Source: Cyanobacteria bacterium P01_A01_bin.123 (lineage in GTDB: Bacteria > Cyanobacteriota > Cyanobacteriia > Phormidesmidales > Phormidesmidaceae). Taken from it: 64,000 nt of DNA. Each line of letters starts with the position of its first letter. Position 1 is the stretch's first letter. The notes beneath the pieces are model-generated. The model ran no database searches. It was not told the origin of the DNA and worked only from the letters and a program-made list of their open reading frames with translations. Below, piece after piece: positions 28,222 to 37,278 of this stretch. Both the position numbers and the translations under genes were made by a program. The stretch covers positions 1 through 64,000 of the forward strand of contig JBCBZT010000033.1 in NCBI GenBank assembly GCA_039815185.1, read 5' to 3'.

Positions 28222-31200
28222 TTATGGATTAAATGGGTAGTAAGCCTGACTTCGGACAATGCTGGATTCACCCAAATCAGTAGGCTGTATAGCATCCTCA
28301 TCAGAACAGTCCCATTCAGCTTTTAATAGCCTTTCTACGCTAGAAACCGAGGGATCCCATTGGGTTGGTTGATTCGTCAAAGGCCGCGCAAGCAAAACAA
28401 GTGCCCTACCCAGAATAGGATCACCCGAACTATCGCCACGGACCCAGCCGTTTGCATCTTCTGGAAGATATGGATCAAAGCAGGGTGCATAGATTGCTTG
28501 TCCTGTGATTTTCCACCATCCGCTGGTTCCCACCCCCTTATTCTGATTGTTGCTTCCTATGGGGAAAAAGTTAAAGTAGTCAAATTTATTGGGCGCAACA
28601 AAAGGTCCGCTACTCAACTCATAAACCGACCAAGCCTCATAGTATCCTTCTTGGTTGCCACTGGCTTGTCTATGTGTTCCGCTGATATCGTGATAGTCGT
28701 ATTCGTATATGACTTTTTGTATAATTGCCCCTTTATCTGCGATGTTTCCTGTAACTCCAAATGTTCCAATGTCTCCTGCATTACCACAGTCATCTCTTGC
28801 TGTTGGCGCATGGTGATAACTCAGATTTAGGGTTACTCCTCCTCCTGATGGTTGCTTACAGCTATCATCTTCACGATCCGTGTCATCTTCTCTTCCACAT
28901 GGATTCCGTTCCCCAGCCGTGGCAGCCGGATCGTCAGGAATGGCGGGAAGTGTGCCGCTTCCCCCCGTGGCCAGAGCGGGGCGAGACCGACGCCCCGCAG
29001 TTGGGGCCGGCACGGCTTGCTGGTCATTGGCGGCAGAAAAGAGCCAGCGTAAGAGACTTCTCGCATCAATGGCCGCGGCTTCCAGGGCGATCGGCGCAGT
29101 TTCTGGGGCGGCAGCGGCACCAGCGGCCGCATTCGCGGCATTCGTAGCGGCGGCACTGGCCGCATTGGCAGCAGCACTGGCACTACGGCTATCACTGCTC
29201 GTCAACGGGATTGAGAAGCCTCCCAGGTCTAGCTGCCAACAGTCGCCCCATTCTCTACGCAGTAGGTTCCAGCGCTCGCGGAAGAGGGTAAAGCGCCGGA
29301 AGAGCTGCACCATGAGCATAGCATCGAGGTCAAAGCTGAGATTGAGGCAGGGTTCGAGCACGGCCGTATTGTCGAGAACCAGCTCACCGTTAACGCACCC
29401 CACGGTCACTGTGTTGATGAGTTCGGCGTCTAGGACGCCGCGACCGGTGCCTTGTAGGCTACCTTCAACGCGGATGACTTCGAGGAGGCAGAGCCAATCA
29501 GCGGTTGCGCCAACCGTGCCCGTCAAGGTCAGTGAACCCTGCAATCCTGCTTGGACATGCAATTCTGCCATCCCGGCATACACCCCGCTGAAGGGATCGA
29601 CCGTCAGGCAGACATTGGCGAGCCACGCTGGCCCCAGGTCAGCGCCGACAGTGGCATTGAGCGACCCGCGAGCAAAGACGTTCAGCATGACGAAGCCCAA
29701 ATAGGGAACTTCAATGGGCTGAGCATAGAGCCGAATGTTGCCGGTGGAGGTTCCGAAGCGATCGCTCACGGACTGCTGATCGAACAGGGGAATATCGGGC
29801 AGACAGAGTTGATAGGTTCTCGGGCTACTGAGTTCCTCGCTGTCATCGGGGCAGGGGCCAGTGCAGCCAGTCGGACTCGTGGAGCGATCGGCAAACAACA
29901 TTGGTGTTGGATCATTGGGAGGCCCACCCCCGATCCAACTCACTGCATTGGGGACACCGTGTCTACAAACGGCTTCAAAGTCGGCCCGTAAATGGCAAGG
30001 ACCCCAGTCTTTTTCGTCTTTGGTCGCCGCACACCAGTCATAACCAGCATCGTGTCGGCGACAGCCTTCATGGGTAGGACAGACAGCGACGTCTTTGTAA
30101 ATCCAGAATCGATGTTGTCCGCTGCCAATATCCTCACAGACTGCGAGATCGCCAACTTGATCACACTTTGTACAATCTGGCCCACAGGCTCCACGACACT
30201 TTGAGCCCGATGCAATATCTGGGTCACGGGGATAGATTTCCAGTGGTCCATCCAGGGATGGCTTGGGATGCCCAGTCCAATCTCCACCTTTTTGGGAAGG
30301 CATTAAGCCTAGCGAAAAGAAGGCATCGCAGAGCGGACAATCGTCGCTGAACATTTCCCGCTGCAATTCCAGCGGCAGGGCATCAAACGGCACCACATTC
30401 AGGGCGGGCTCAGTCCAGCTAATGGCCGCACTAGCTCCGCGACTGCCGACATCAAGACTGACACTAAGGTTAGTAGAGACGGTGGCATCCCGGTGCCACT
30501 CCCAGAAGGGCCAGTATAGCGTACACAAACGTTGTCCCAGCAGGCTCAAGGCACCATACCCCGCCAATCCCAAATCGAGACCTAAGCCCAGATCTTCGTA
30601 GCGATTAGCGCGGAAGCTAAAGCCACTGAGGCCCGCCGATACCGACACCTCTAACGTGGTCGAAGAGGCCAGAATGCCGCGTCCAAATCCAGCTAAGCCC
30701 GCTTCGAGTCCGACCACGGGCACTTGAATCACCAGCGGCGGATCTGGCCATAGGATCAAGACACCGACTTCCCCATCGAGCCCGAGACGCAGTTCTCCAC
30801 CGAGGCCGATGGCCGTCATCACCGTCATGCTGCCGCTGGCGCTCAAGCTCGCCGCGAACGGATCGATCACGATGCGGAGACCATTCAACGTACAAGGGCC
30901 GAGCTGTCCTGACAATTCGGGGATAATCCCAGCATGGAATCCCAAAGCCCCATACAGGGAGACGACCGAAGTCACGGGTAACACGCCCGCCAGGAAGGGA
31001 ATGTCTCCCCCAATTTCGGGCAGGGTAAATTGAACCGGCAGGGTGGGACACACCGGCAAGGGCGGCACGTTGATGATCAGTCGGCTCCCTGAGAGGGTGA
31101 CCACACCACCCAGAGCCGAGGCCAGATTAGTGGCGACATCCCAAATCTCACTGGCAATACCACTAATGGTGTCTGCGGCATCACTGATGAGTTCGGAGCC

Positions 31201-32187
31201 CGTGTCTAGAATGTCTTCGCCCACTTCGACAATATCGCTGAAGCTTGGCAAATCGGGGAGTTCCAGACGCTGGATGGGTCGATCAGCGCTGTCATCCGTA
31301 GGATAAAGAGATACTGTCGGTGCGGGTTGACTGGCGGTAACAGGAGGAGCGATCGCGGTTTCCTCACGTTCCTCCAAACTGCGCTGGATTTCCGCCATCT
31401 GGAGGCGACGACCCGCCTGACCCTGCTGTACGGTATGGGTCAACTCATGGGCGGTCAGGGCGTTCTTGCCGGGTGCTTTCCCTACCCCAAAGTAAATGTC
31501 GCGTCCGTGGGTAAAGGCCTGGGCTCCTAGCGCTCGGTTCATTTGTGCCGCATCGCGGCCCGTGTGCACGCGCACTGGACTCAGGTCCACACCAAAGTGT
31601 GGTTCCATAAAGGCACGGACATCTCTTGATAGGGGACGACCCTGACTCTGGCTACGTTGCAATTGTTGCTCCAGGTTCAGCGAGGTCTGAGTAGGGCCAT
31701 CACCCTGACGTTGCACGCGTTCTTCCTGCTCACAGGCTACACATTTTCGCTGTAGACCCAAGCGATTTCCCGGCAGTCCCCGCGCAGGCAGCGGCGTAAT
31801 GGTGGCCGCCAGCGGTTTGAAGGGCGGCGCAGAACGAGTTGCCGTATCCGGCATCGATCTTTGGATCAGATCCTCGGATTCGCAGGTGGCACATTTTCGC
31901 TGCACCGATTCCGCATCCAGGGGCAGGGGTTGAATCCCGTTGCCGCTAGCGCGATTGTCGTCTGGCTGGGGTAGCGGCTCAGGCACCCTCATGACGGCGT
32001 TGGCGATCGCATCGGCTTCCTGTTCATAGGGGTCGCCAGGCTGGTTGACGGTGAGCTGCGGTTGGATGATAGGCGATCGCAGGGCTAACGGCGACACGAG
32101 CGATCGCGACGACTTGGTCGACGGGGTCAGCTCAGTGGGGGCATGGGTCGGCGCATGCCGTCGCTTGCGTTCGGCCAACTGCATCAT
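28222..32187 (-). CDS. DUF4157 (eCIS core) cargo protein with Cys-rich PLA2-like module and unknown C-terminal domain
   Basis: Same leader, QRKCxxC repeats, AQAFTHGRDIYF...AHELTHTVQQ, CRGACGPDC...CRRHDAGYDWC. Confidence 0.85.
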   Translation of the reverse strand: MMQLAERKRRHAPTHAPTELTPSTKSSRSLVSPLALRSPIIQPQLTVNQPGDPYEQEADAIANAVMRVPEPLPQPDDNRASGNGIQPLPLDAESVQRKCATCESEDLIQRSMPDTATRSAPPFKPLAATITPLPARGLPGNRLGLQRKCVACEQEERVQRQGDGPTQTSLNLEQQLQRSQSQGRPLSRDVRAFMEPHFGVDLSPVRVHTGRDAAQMNRALGAQAFTHGRDIYFGVGKAPGKNALTAHELTHTVQQGQAGRRLQMAEIQRSLEEREETAIAPPVTASQPAPTVSLYPTDDSADRPIQRLELPDLPSFSDIVEVGEDILDTGSELISDAADTISGIASEIWDVATNLASALGGVVTLSGSRLIINVPPLPVCPTLPVQFTLPEIGGDIPFLAGVLPVTSVVSLYGALGFHAGIIPELSGQLGPCTLNGLRIVIDPFAASLSASGSMTVMTAIGLGGELRLGLDGEVGVLILWPDPPLVIQVPVVGLEAGLAGFGRGILASSTTLEVSVSAGLSGFSFRANRYEDLGLGLDLGLAGYGALSLLGQRLCTLYWPFWEWHRDATVSTNLSVSLDVGSRGASAAISWTEPALNVVPFDALPLELQREMFSDDCPLCDAFFSLGLMPSQKGGDWTGHPKPSLDGPLEIYPRDPDIASGSKCRGACGPDCTKCDQVGDLAVCEDIGSGQHRFWIYKDVAVCPTHEGCRRHDAGYDWCAATKDEKDWGPCHLRADFEAVCRHGVPNAVSWIGGGPPNDPTPMLFADRSTSPTGCTGPCPDDSEELSSPRTYQLCLPDIPLFDQQSVSDRFGTSTGNIRLYAQPIEVPYLGFVMLNVFARGSLNATVGADLGPAWLANVCLTVDPFSGVYAGMAELHVQAGLQGSLTLTGTVGATADWLCLLEVIRVEGSLQGTGRGVLDAELINTVTVGCVNGELVLDNTAVLEPCLNLSFDLDAMLMVQLFRRFTLFRERWNLLRREWGDCWQLDLGGFSIPLTSSDSRSASAAANAASAAATNAANAAAGAAAAPETAPIALEAAAIDARSLLRWLFSAANDQQAVPAPTAGRRSRPALATGGSGTLPAIPDDPAATAGERNPCGREDDTDREDDSCKQPSGGGVTLNLSYHHAPTARDDCGNAGDIGTFGVTGNIADKGAIIQKVIYEYDYHDISGTHRQASGNQEGYYEAWSVYELSSGPFVAPNKFDYFNFFPIGSNNQNKGVGTSGWWKITGQAIYAPCFDPYLPEDANGWVRGDSSGDPILGRALVLLARPLTNQPTQWDPSVSSVERLLKAEWDCSDEDAIQPTDLGESSIVRSQAYYPFNP

Positions 32188-32269
32188 TTATCTCGGCATT
32201 CCTGCATGCACTAAGACAGCTCGATCGCGGGGTGTGGGATTGTTGATCATTGGTGTTTTCGAGGTGGGG

Positions 32270-32585
32270 TTAGGGATGGGCCTGGGGCTTAGGGGGTTGA
32301 GATTGCCACCATTGTTGCCAGCGCTGCAGATAAACCGATTCATCCGATGGTCGTTTGAGCTTGGGGGGCTGGGGTATTATGTACGACCTTGCTGGCGACT
32401 GCATCCGCCTCGCGCTCATATTTATCGCCGGGCTGATTGACGGTGAGCTTAGGTTGAACGGCAGGCGATCGCATGGCCAACGGGGAGATGGTTGAGCGGG
32501 CGGATGTCGCCGTCGACGGTGAGCCCTGTGAATCGTCTCGGGTCGGCGGAAGCCGACGTCTAGTGCGTGCAACGGTTCGAGTCAT
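32270..32585 (-). CDS. Mini-protein consisting only of the DUF4157-cargo leader (81 aa as read, ~104 aa if the G6 run at 32363-32368 has an extra base)
   Basis: SPLAMRSPAVQPKLTVNQPGDKYEREADAVASKVV; starts 1 nt after the ATPase stop. Confidence 0.65.
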
Positions 32586-32586
32586 G

Positions 32587-34620
32587 TCAGTTCAACGGGG
32601 AAACCGCCCCCATCTTGGTATATTCGCGGCGGATGCTCTCAGCTAGAAAGGGATCGGATAGGTCCGTCTCCGCTTCGACTGCCAGTAAGGTGGCGTGCAA
32701 CGCGGCATTGCGGATCTGCCCCCCCGTCAGTTGACACCGGATGGCCGCCTGCCGGAGCAAGGTCGGGCTTACAGTATGGGTGGGGGGCAAATGGAGTTGC
32801 CAGAGCTGTTGGCGCTGCCCGGCATCGGGCGCATTGAAGTCGACCACCACATCAATGCGACGCTGAAAGGCACTGTCAATGCGATTGGGGGCATTAGAGG
32901 TAATTAAAATAATGCCTTCGTATTGTTCCAGCCGCTGGAGTAGATAGTTGGTCTCCATGTTGGCGTAGCGATCGTTGGAACTGCGTACATCGGTTCGTCC
33001 CGTGAGCAGCGAGTCACCCTCATCCAACAGCAGAATCACGTCTTGCTCTTCAGCCCGCGCAAACAGGCGGCTTAAATTCCGTTCCGTTTCGCCGATGTAT
33101 TTGCTGACGACGGTGGAGAGATCAACCCGGTAGAGATCAAGGTTAAGTTCGGTGGCCACTAGGCGGGCTGCCAGCGTTTTACCCGTCCCGCTGGCACCGC
33201 CGAACAAGGCTCTCACCCCACGGCTGGTGCCCGCGAACCCAGATCCTAAGTGGGTGAGCAACGTTTCTCGATAGCGGCAGCGGCGAATCAGGTTGGCTAA
33301 CTCGGCTCGGGTTTTCTCGGTCACGATCAGGGCGTCCCAATCGTGGCGGGTGACGATCCGCGTGGCCAAATTTTCTAAGGTTTGCTGATTGAGGGCGCGG
33401 CAGGCTTCCTGCACATCGGCTAGTTCCACATGAGAATGCTCATTGAGGGCAGCATAGGCTTGCGCGAGGCGTCCGGCGCGTTCAACGGTACCCAACGTGA
33501 GTAGATACTGCTGGCTGGCCTGGGTCACCACATCGCGAGTGCCGTTGAGGTGGGGACCCAGCACCTGAGTCCATTGTTGGTAGCGGGCGGTTTCATCGGG
33601 GGGCGGCAGCCATAGTGTAATACAACCTTCCACCTGAGGACCTTTCAAGCTGCCTTCCCGACTGAGCAAGATGCCCAACAGTCCACTGTACCCAGCAAGA
33701 TCGGGGAGGTTTAGGGCTTCTCCTGGGGTGAGTTCGAGGTCGATGATCGGCATGGCCCGATGCGCGATCGCCAGCGCTCCCGTCAACCGACACAAAGCTG
33801 GTAGGGCTTTGGCCTCTGGTCGCTGCAAATGCAAAATCCCACACTGGAGGGATTGGGCCACGGCGGCTAAGGCCCGCAACCGTCCGGTGCCTCGCATGCC
33901 CCGCAGAATGACGCCACGGGTGAGTTGGCGGTTAACCAAGTCCGGCAGCTTCGCTAGGCGCTCTAGTATCTCGGCAGGGAGGAGTCCCTGCAAATCGGCA
34001 AAGCGCTTGAGGGTGTGAGGGGGCTGGTAGGTGAGATGGTCGGCGGGGCGATCGAGAATCGTCCCGCACAGAGCATCCCAAACCGGGGTGGGAATAGACA
34101 AGGCTTGCGCGGCGCGGGGGCGATCGCCCTGATGACGAGTAATGAACCCCCGACGTTCGAGGTCTTGCACCACCACCCAGGCCGGGGGTGGTTCGTTCAC
34201 CGTGTTGAACCGCATCAGATCCTCTAATAGCCCGATGGTTAGGCGTTGCTCATCGGGAAAGGGATGCAGCGCACTATAGAGCGTGCCGAAGCGGGCATCC
34301 ATCTCGACCAGGCCAGCCAACAGAAGCGTCTGGACGTGGGCCAGGGTGAGACCGGCCTGCCGCAGTCGCATGAGGGGGTAATCCTCTGCCTGGAGGGCCT
34401 GATCGTCTGCCTCTAGTTGAGCCTGGCAGGCGCGATCGACTTCGTTGAGCGACGTGGCGTCGGGAAATTGGGCGTTTAATGAGGGGAAATAGGCAGTCAA
34501 AAAGCGATACTCGTCCAGCACCGAATCCCCGCCTACAGCACGGAGGTACGCGGCACAGTGTCCAATGCTGTACCGGAGCCACTGCTGCATCTGAATCTGG
34601 GGGCTAGTGAATATCGTCAT
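32587..34620 (-). CDS. AAA+ ATPase, Afp15/Pvc15-like
   Basis: Walker A GASGTGKT, VDLSTVVSKYIGETERNL, Walker B LLLDE, SNDRYANMETNYLLQRLE, SAFQRR. Confidence 0.93.
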   Translation of the reverse strand: MTIFTSPQIQMQQWLRYSIGHCAAYLRAVGGDSVLDEYRFLTAYFPSLNAQFPDATSLNEVDRACQAQLEADDQALQAEDYPLMRLRQAGLTLAHVQTLLLAGLVEMDARFGTLYSALHPFPDEQRLTIGLLEDLMRFNTVNEPPPAWVVVQDLERRGFITRHQGDRPRAAQALSIPTPVWDALCGTILDRPADHLTYQPPHTLKRFADLQGLLPAEILERLAKLPDLVNRQLTRGVILRGMRGTGRLRALAAVAQSLQCGILHLQRPEAKALPALCRLTGALAIAHRAMPIIDLELTPGEALNLPDLAGYSGLLGILLSREGSLKGPQVEGCITLWLPPPDETARYQQWTQVLGPHLNGTRDVVTQASQQYLLTLGTVERAGRLAQAYAALNEHSHVELADVQEACRALNQQTLENLATRIVTRHDWDALIVTEKTRAELANLIRRCRYRETLLTHLGSGFAGTSRGVRALFGGASGTGKTLAARLVATELNLDLYRVDLSTVVSKYIGETERNLSRLFARAEEQDVILLLDEGDSLLTGRTDVRSSNDRYANMETNYLLQRLEQYEGIILITSNAPNRIDSAFQRRIDVVVDFNAPDAGQRQQLWQLHLPPTHTVSPTLLRQAAIRCQLTGGQIRNAALHATLLAVEAETDLSDPFLAESIRREYTKMGAVSPLN

Positions 34621-34625
34621 GGCAG

Positions 34626-36236
34626 CTACTCATAGTGCAAGGCAATGACACGGGCGAGTTCTGGTACCCAGCCCGGATCCCGATCCAACCCGGCCAGACG
34701 GACATCCAGACGGATTTGGTCGAGGCTGAACACCACATCTACATGGGTGCGGGTGAGGTAGAGGGTGGCGGGTTCCTGCAGGTAGTGGGCGATCGCGTCC
34801 GGATATTCCAACCGCTCGGTCAGATAGGGGCGGACTTGGGTGAGGATGTGCGCTTGCCATGGGCTCAACAGCGCCTCTGGTAACGGTTCGCCCGCGATGT
34901 CGGCCAGCGGCTCCCACACGGGGTCGAGGGGCACGTCGGGCAACAACGCTTGGGCCAGTGCCGCGACCTGGTGCCAGGGGGTGATCACCGCCGATCGCTC
35001 CGGCCAATCCAGATCCACTAACACGTTGACCAGATACCAGAGTCCGCCGATCGCGGTCCCAATTCCCAGCTCACCCATCGCGATCGCCGTGTCTGAGAGA
35101 ATCAACGGTGGGGCGATGGGGCGATCCGGGGCCGATTCTGGCGGACGGTCAGAGGACTCATCGGGCGGGATAGCAGATAACCCAGAGGAGGAGACGGCGG
35201 GGGGAGCGGCGGAGCGATCGCCCGATGACGAGGACACTTCCCCTAGCGCTTCGCTATGGACGGAGACGATTTTGGGAATCCCTGGGGGCCAGGAATGGGG
35301 AGACGCAGCGGGGGATTCCTGGGACGAAACGGTCTCTGAGGCCGGTGTTACGACGGGACGGTCAGGAGCGACAGGGAGCTTCGTCGGGGGCGGAGCGTCA
35401 GCGGTTTCGGTGGGCATCGGGGACGCATCCGCTGCAGCGGCGGGCGATCGCGTCGCTGACACCAGGGTTGCGGTATTGGGGAGCGTCAGACAGACGGCCA
35501 CGAGCGCCTGGGTAACCAGCGGCAGTGTCGCGATCGTCGACGGTTGGGGAATCCCCAGATGCGGGGTCAAGGCGGCGACCAGGGTCTGGTGGCGATCGGT
35601 GGGGGCCGCGCCTGGTGTTACCGGAATCGAGACCCCATAGATCGGCAGCACCGTGTCGAGCAAATGTTCGGCTTGGGAGGCGGGTAGGGCTCCGAGCAAC
35701 TGCACTGCTTCAACCGGATGCGACTGATAGAGCAGCCTGAGTGCCGCTGGCAGCCATTGGGGGTCTGCTTGCCACTGGTGAAATAGGGCCTCGCGGGCCA
35801 TTCCGTGGGGATAGTGGCACAAGACGGCGTGCCACCACCAACGATCGCCCGCCACGCCTTGGTAGACATCCCAAGAGAGGCACGCCAGCCATTCCGCCGG
35901 ATCTTCAAACCAAACGCTCGCAGCATTGGCAGACACCGCGGCGATCGCGGGTCGTAGCGCCGTGCGCCAATGCTGATTGAGGGCAGCTTGAGTGGCCTGT
36001 TCCCAGGCGCGTAATCCCTGCCAGGTATTGGCTGCCAAGAGCTGGCCAGGGTCTGGATCAGCCAGGTGACGAATGATCAAAATCGCCTGAGGTGGCAGTC
36101 CTGGATAGACCGCAATGCGTTCGAGCGCCTTCCTGACTCGGCGTTCCTGAATCTGACACTGGGAGGGCGTTGCTGACTCCGGCAGGGTGAGCCTGACCTG
36201 GTGGAGGGTGAGGGCATGGGAGACAGCGGGGCTCAT
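34626..36236 (-). CDS. eCIS-associated protein, tape-measure (Afp14)-like by position
   Basis: Pro/Ser-rich central linker; C-terminal THVDVVF...RLAGLDRDPGWVP.LARVI motif; adjacent to the ATPase. Confidence 0.6.
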   Translation of the reverse strand: MSPAVSHALTLHQVRLTLPESATPSQCQIQERRVRKALERIAVYPGLPPQAILIIRHLADPDPGQLLAANTWQGLRAWEQATQAALNQHWRTALRPAIAAVSANAASVWFEDPAEWLACLSWDVYQGVAGDRWWWHAVLCHYPHGMAREALFHQWQADPQWLPAALRLLYQSHPVEAVQLLGALPASQAEHLLDTVLPIYGVSIPVTPGAAPTDRHQTLVAALTPHLGIPQPSTIATLPLVTQALVAVCLTLPNTATLVSATRSPAAAADASPMPTETADAPPPTKLPVAPDRPVVTPASETVSSQESPAASPHSWPPGIPKIVSVHSEALGEVSSSSGDRSAAPPAVSSSGLSAIPPDESSDRPPESAPDRPIAPPLILSDTAIAMGELGIGTAIGGLWYLVNVLVDLDWPERSAVITPWHQVAALAQALLPDVPLDPVWEPLADIAGEPLPEALLSPWQAHILTQVRPYLTERLEYPDAIAHYLQEPATLYLTRTHVDVVFSLDQIRLDVRLAGLDRDPGWVPELARVIALHYE

Positions 36237-36289
36237 AAGGGCTGTGCGGGTACTTTATTTCCCCGCACTGGAGACGGCGAGTGGGTAGC

Positions 36290-36396
36290 CGGGTGGCTGA
36301 GTGACTCCGGTTAGGACGCGACTGCGAGCCACTTTGCTTGTGTAACAGGTATTCCAGCGTTACCCGGTGCATGAAGCAATCTGGCCAGCGCTATAT
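36290..36396. repeat. Degenerate copy of a ~107-bp MITE-like element
   Basis: Aligns with 37019-37125, ends GGTGCATGAAGCAATCTGGCCAGCGCTATAT. Confidence 0.6.
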
Positions 36397-37018
36397 TTGG
36401 CTTTGAACGCAGGGGCAAACAAAATTTAGGGGAGGCGGCTAGGCACTCCCCATGCTCACAGATACGGGATTCGAACCCTTCCGATACACGCAACGCTAGA
36501 AAACGCATATGAAAACGAGGCAAACGTTAGACGCAGCTCGAAACCACAATTGTCTGAACCAGCAGAATACGCAACGACTAATACCAATAGAAGCATCTGC
36601 ACTTTCTAAAGTATCAAGGCTGAATTCTTTTTGGCGTAATTGTTAACCAAGGTTAATGTTTTCCAGGCTTGAATGATTTGATTTGAAGGGAATTTAATGT
36701 TGGAATCTTTATATTCTTGTATGGTTTTTTGTCGGCGTCAAAATGATATCCCGTGATCGTGTGCATTATAGTGAATTTTGGGGTTTTAAAGTACTGTTAT
36801 GATGGCCGTTAGTCTTGCCACTAACATCTACAAGCGACACTTCAAAGATTGAGATCAGAGCCCTAGCTCAGTATGTCAAGAACTCGAGGTTCTTGGCTAA
36901 TACTTCTAAGTTCCGTTGTCGATTCCCCTGAAAATCCTGGATTCTGTGCGGGTGTTCTAGAGAATCAAATCCTGGTTAAAATGACTATGTTTAGCCTTGG
37001 GAAGGCTTTCCCTAAGAG

Positions 37019-37125
37019 ATATAGCCGTAGCCACAAAGCTTTGTGCGCTACGGCGAGCCAGGTTGCCTGTAGACTCAGCGTCCCAGCGCTACTCGGTGCA
37101 TTAAGTAATCTGGCCAGCGCTATAT
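37019..37125. repeat. ~107-bp MITE-like element with imperfect terminal inverted repeats
   Basis: ATATAGCCGTAGCCA ... TGGCCAGCGCTATAT. Confidence 0.65.
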
Positions 37126-37278
37126 ATAGAAGATTTTGGAGATGATCACCCACAACGCGATCACCCGAACCAAAAATACGCTAAGACGAATTTTTGCCCC
37201 CAGACGTCCTGAATAGAATCAACCTAAAAAAGCGATTCCAAGAAAAGATTAAAATCCAAATGATAACCACCTTGGCTT

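Noticed and set aside
36466..36480. GGTTCGAATCCC (tRNA T-loop-like) on the minus strand
   Set aside because: The T-stem is imperfect, and no acceptor, D or anticodon arms could be built
36515..36545. GGCAAAC...GACGCA resembling a c-di-GMP-I riboswitch
   Set aside because: The intervening GNRA-capped stem is missing, and it lies on the strand opposite the eCIS genes
36311..37153. Two short ORFs sharing IALARLL.AP..AG...QA.WLAVA
   Set aside because: The similarity is explained by the duplicated non-coding MITE-like element
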